A model generated the notes under the pieces. It was not told where the DNA came from, did no database searches, and worked only from the letters and a program-made list of their open reading frames with translations. The position numbers were made by a program, and so were the translations under genes. From contig NZ_CP046533.1 of NCBI RefSeq assembly GCF_014857065.1, positions 480,001 through 512,000 of the forward strand: a stretch of DNA of 32,000 nucleotides, written 5' to 3'. Of the stretch, positions 31,854-32,000 are shown piece by piece; within the stretch, counting starts at the first letter, position 1; the number at the start of each line of letters is the position of its first letter. Source of the stretch: Candidatus Saccharimonadota bacterium. GTDB taxonomy: Bacteria; Pseudomonadota; Gammaproteobacteria; Enterobacterales; Enterobacteriaceae.

Positions 31854-32000
31854 ATGTCCAGGATTTGTCAAATTACTGGTAAAATTTCGATGAGTGGGAA
31901 TAGGCGTTCTCATGCAATGAATGCAACTAAACGTCGTTTTTTACCGAATTTGCATTTTCATCGTTTTTGGATAGATGAAGAGAAACGTTTTATAATTTTG
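31854..32000 (+). CDS. rpmB: 50S ribosomal protein L28, partial (first 49 codons; continues off the right edge)
   Basis: ATG at 31854. The translation [49 protein letters not shown] compares with E. coli [49 protein letters not shown]. It is divergent from coaBC as in E. coli. Confidence 0.92.
   Translation, partial: MSRICQITGKISMSGNRRSHAMNATKRRFLPNLHFHRFWIDEEKRFIIL

Overview
This is an AT-rich, gene-dense window. I estimate G+C at about one quarter to one third from hand counts of sample lines. Gene content and local order follow Escherichia coli closely, but with many genes deleted. That is the signature of a reduced-genome Enterobacterales insect endosymbiont (Blochmannia-like). Species identity cannot be established without a database search. 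I support 27 protein-coding genes and one tRNA, all apparently intact and read with the standard code. On the minus strand: atpG (partial), atpA, atpH, atpF, atpE, atpB and mnmG. A 1.37-kb ORF-free region follows, containing tRNA-Ile(GAU). On the plus strand: metA, tusA, (rsmD on minus), ftsY, rpoH, metE, udp, rmuC, ubiE, ubiB, ubiD, dsbA and polA. On the minus strand again: rpoZ, gmk, a MarR-family regulator, yicC, dut and coaBC. The window ends with the start of rpmB on plus. I found no CRISPR array, transposase, integrase, phage, toxin or defence-type gene, so there is no sign of a novel multi-gene system. Five loci deserve a second look. (1) The ORF-free region next to mnmG is where gene orientation and G/C and A/T skew both flip. 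It carries three exact TGTGAATAA (TTATNCACA-class) DnaA-box-like 9-mers and is a likely replication origin, yet it is far less AT-rich than other spacers. (2) An orphan tRNA-Ile lies inside that region, flanked by a 12-bp direct repeat. (3) A MarR-type regulator is retained in an otherwise regulator-poor context. (4) A 30-bp perfect inverted repeat sits in a roughly 94 percent A+T, 618-bp spacer upstream of that regulator. (5) In polA, the 5' nuclease and polymerase motifs are intact, but two of the four catalytic carboxylates of the 3'-5' proofreading domain are replaced. All functional calls rest on my recall-based alignment of the supplied translations to E. coli proteins. No searches were run.
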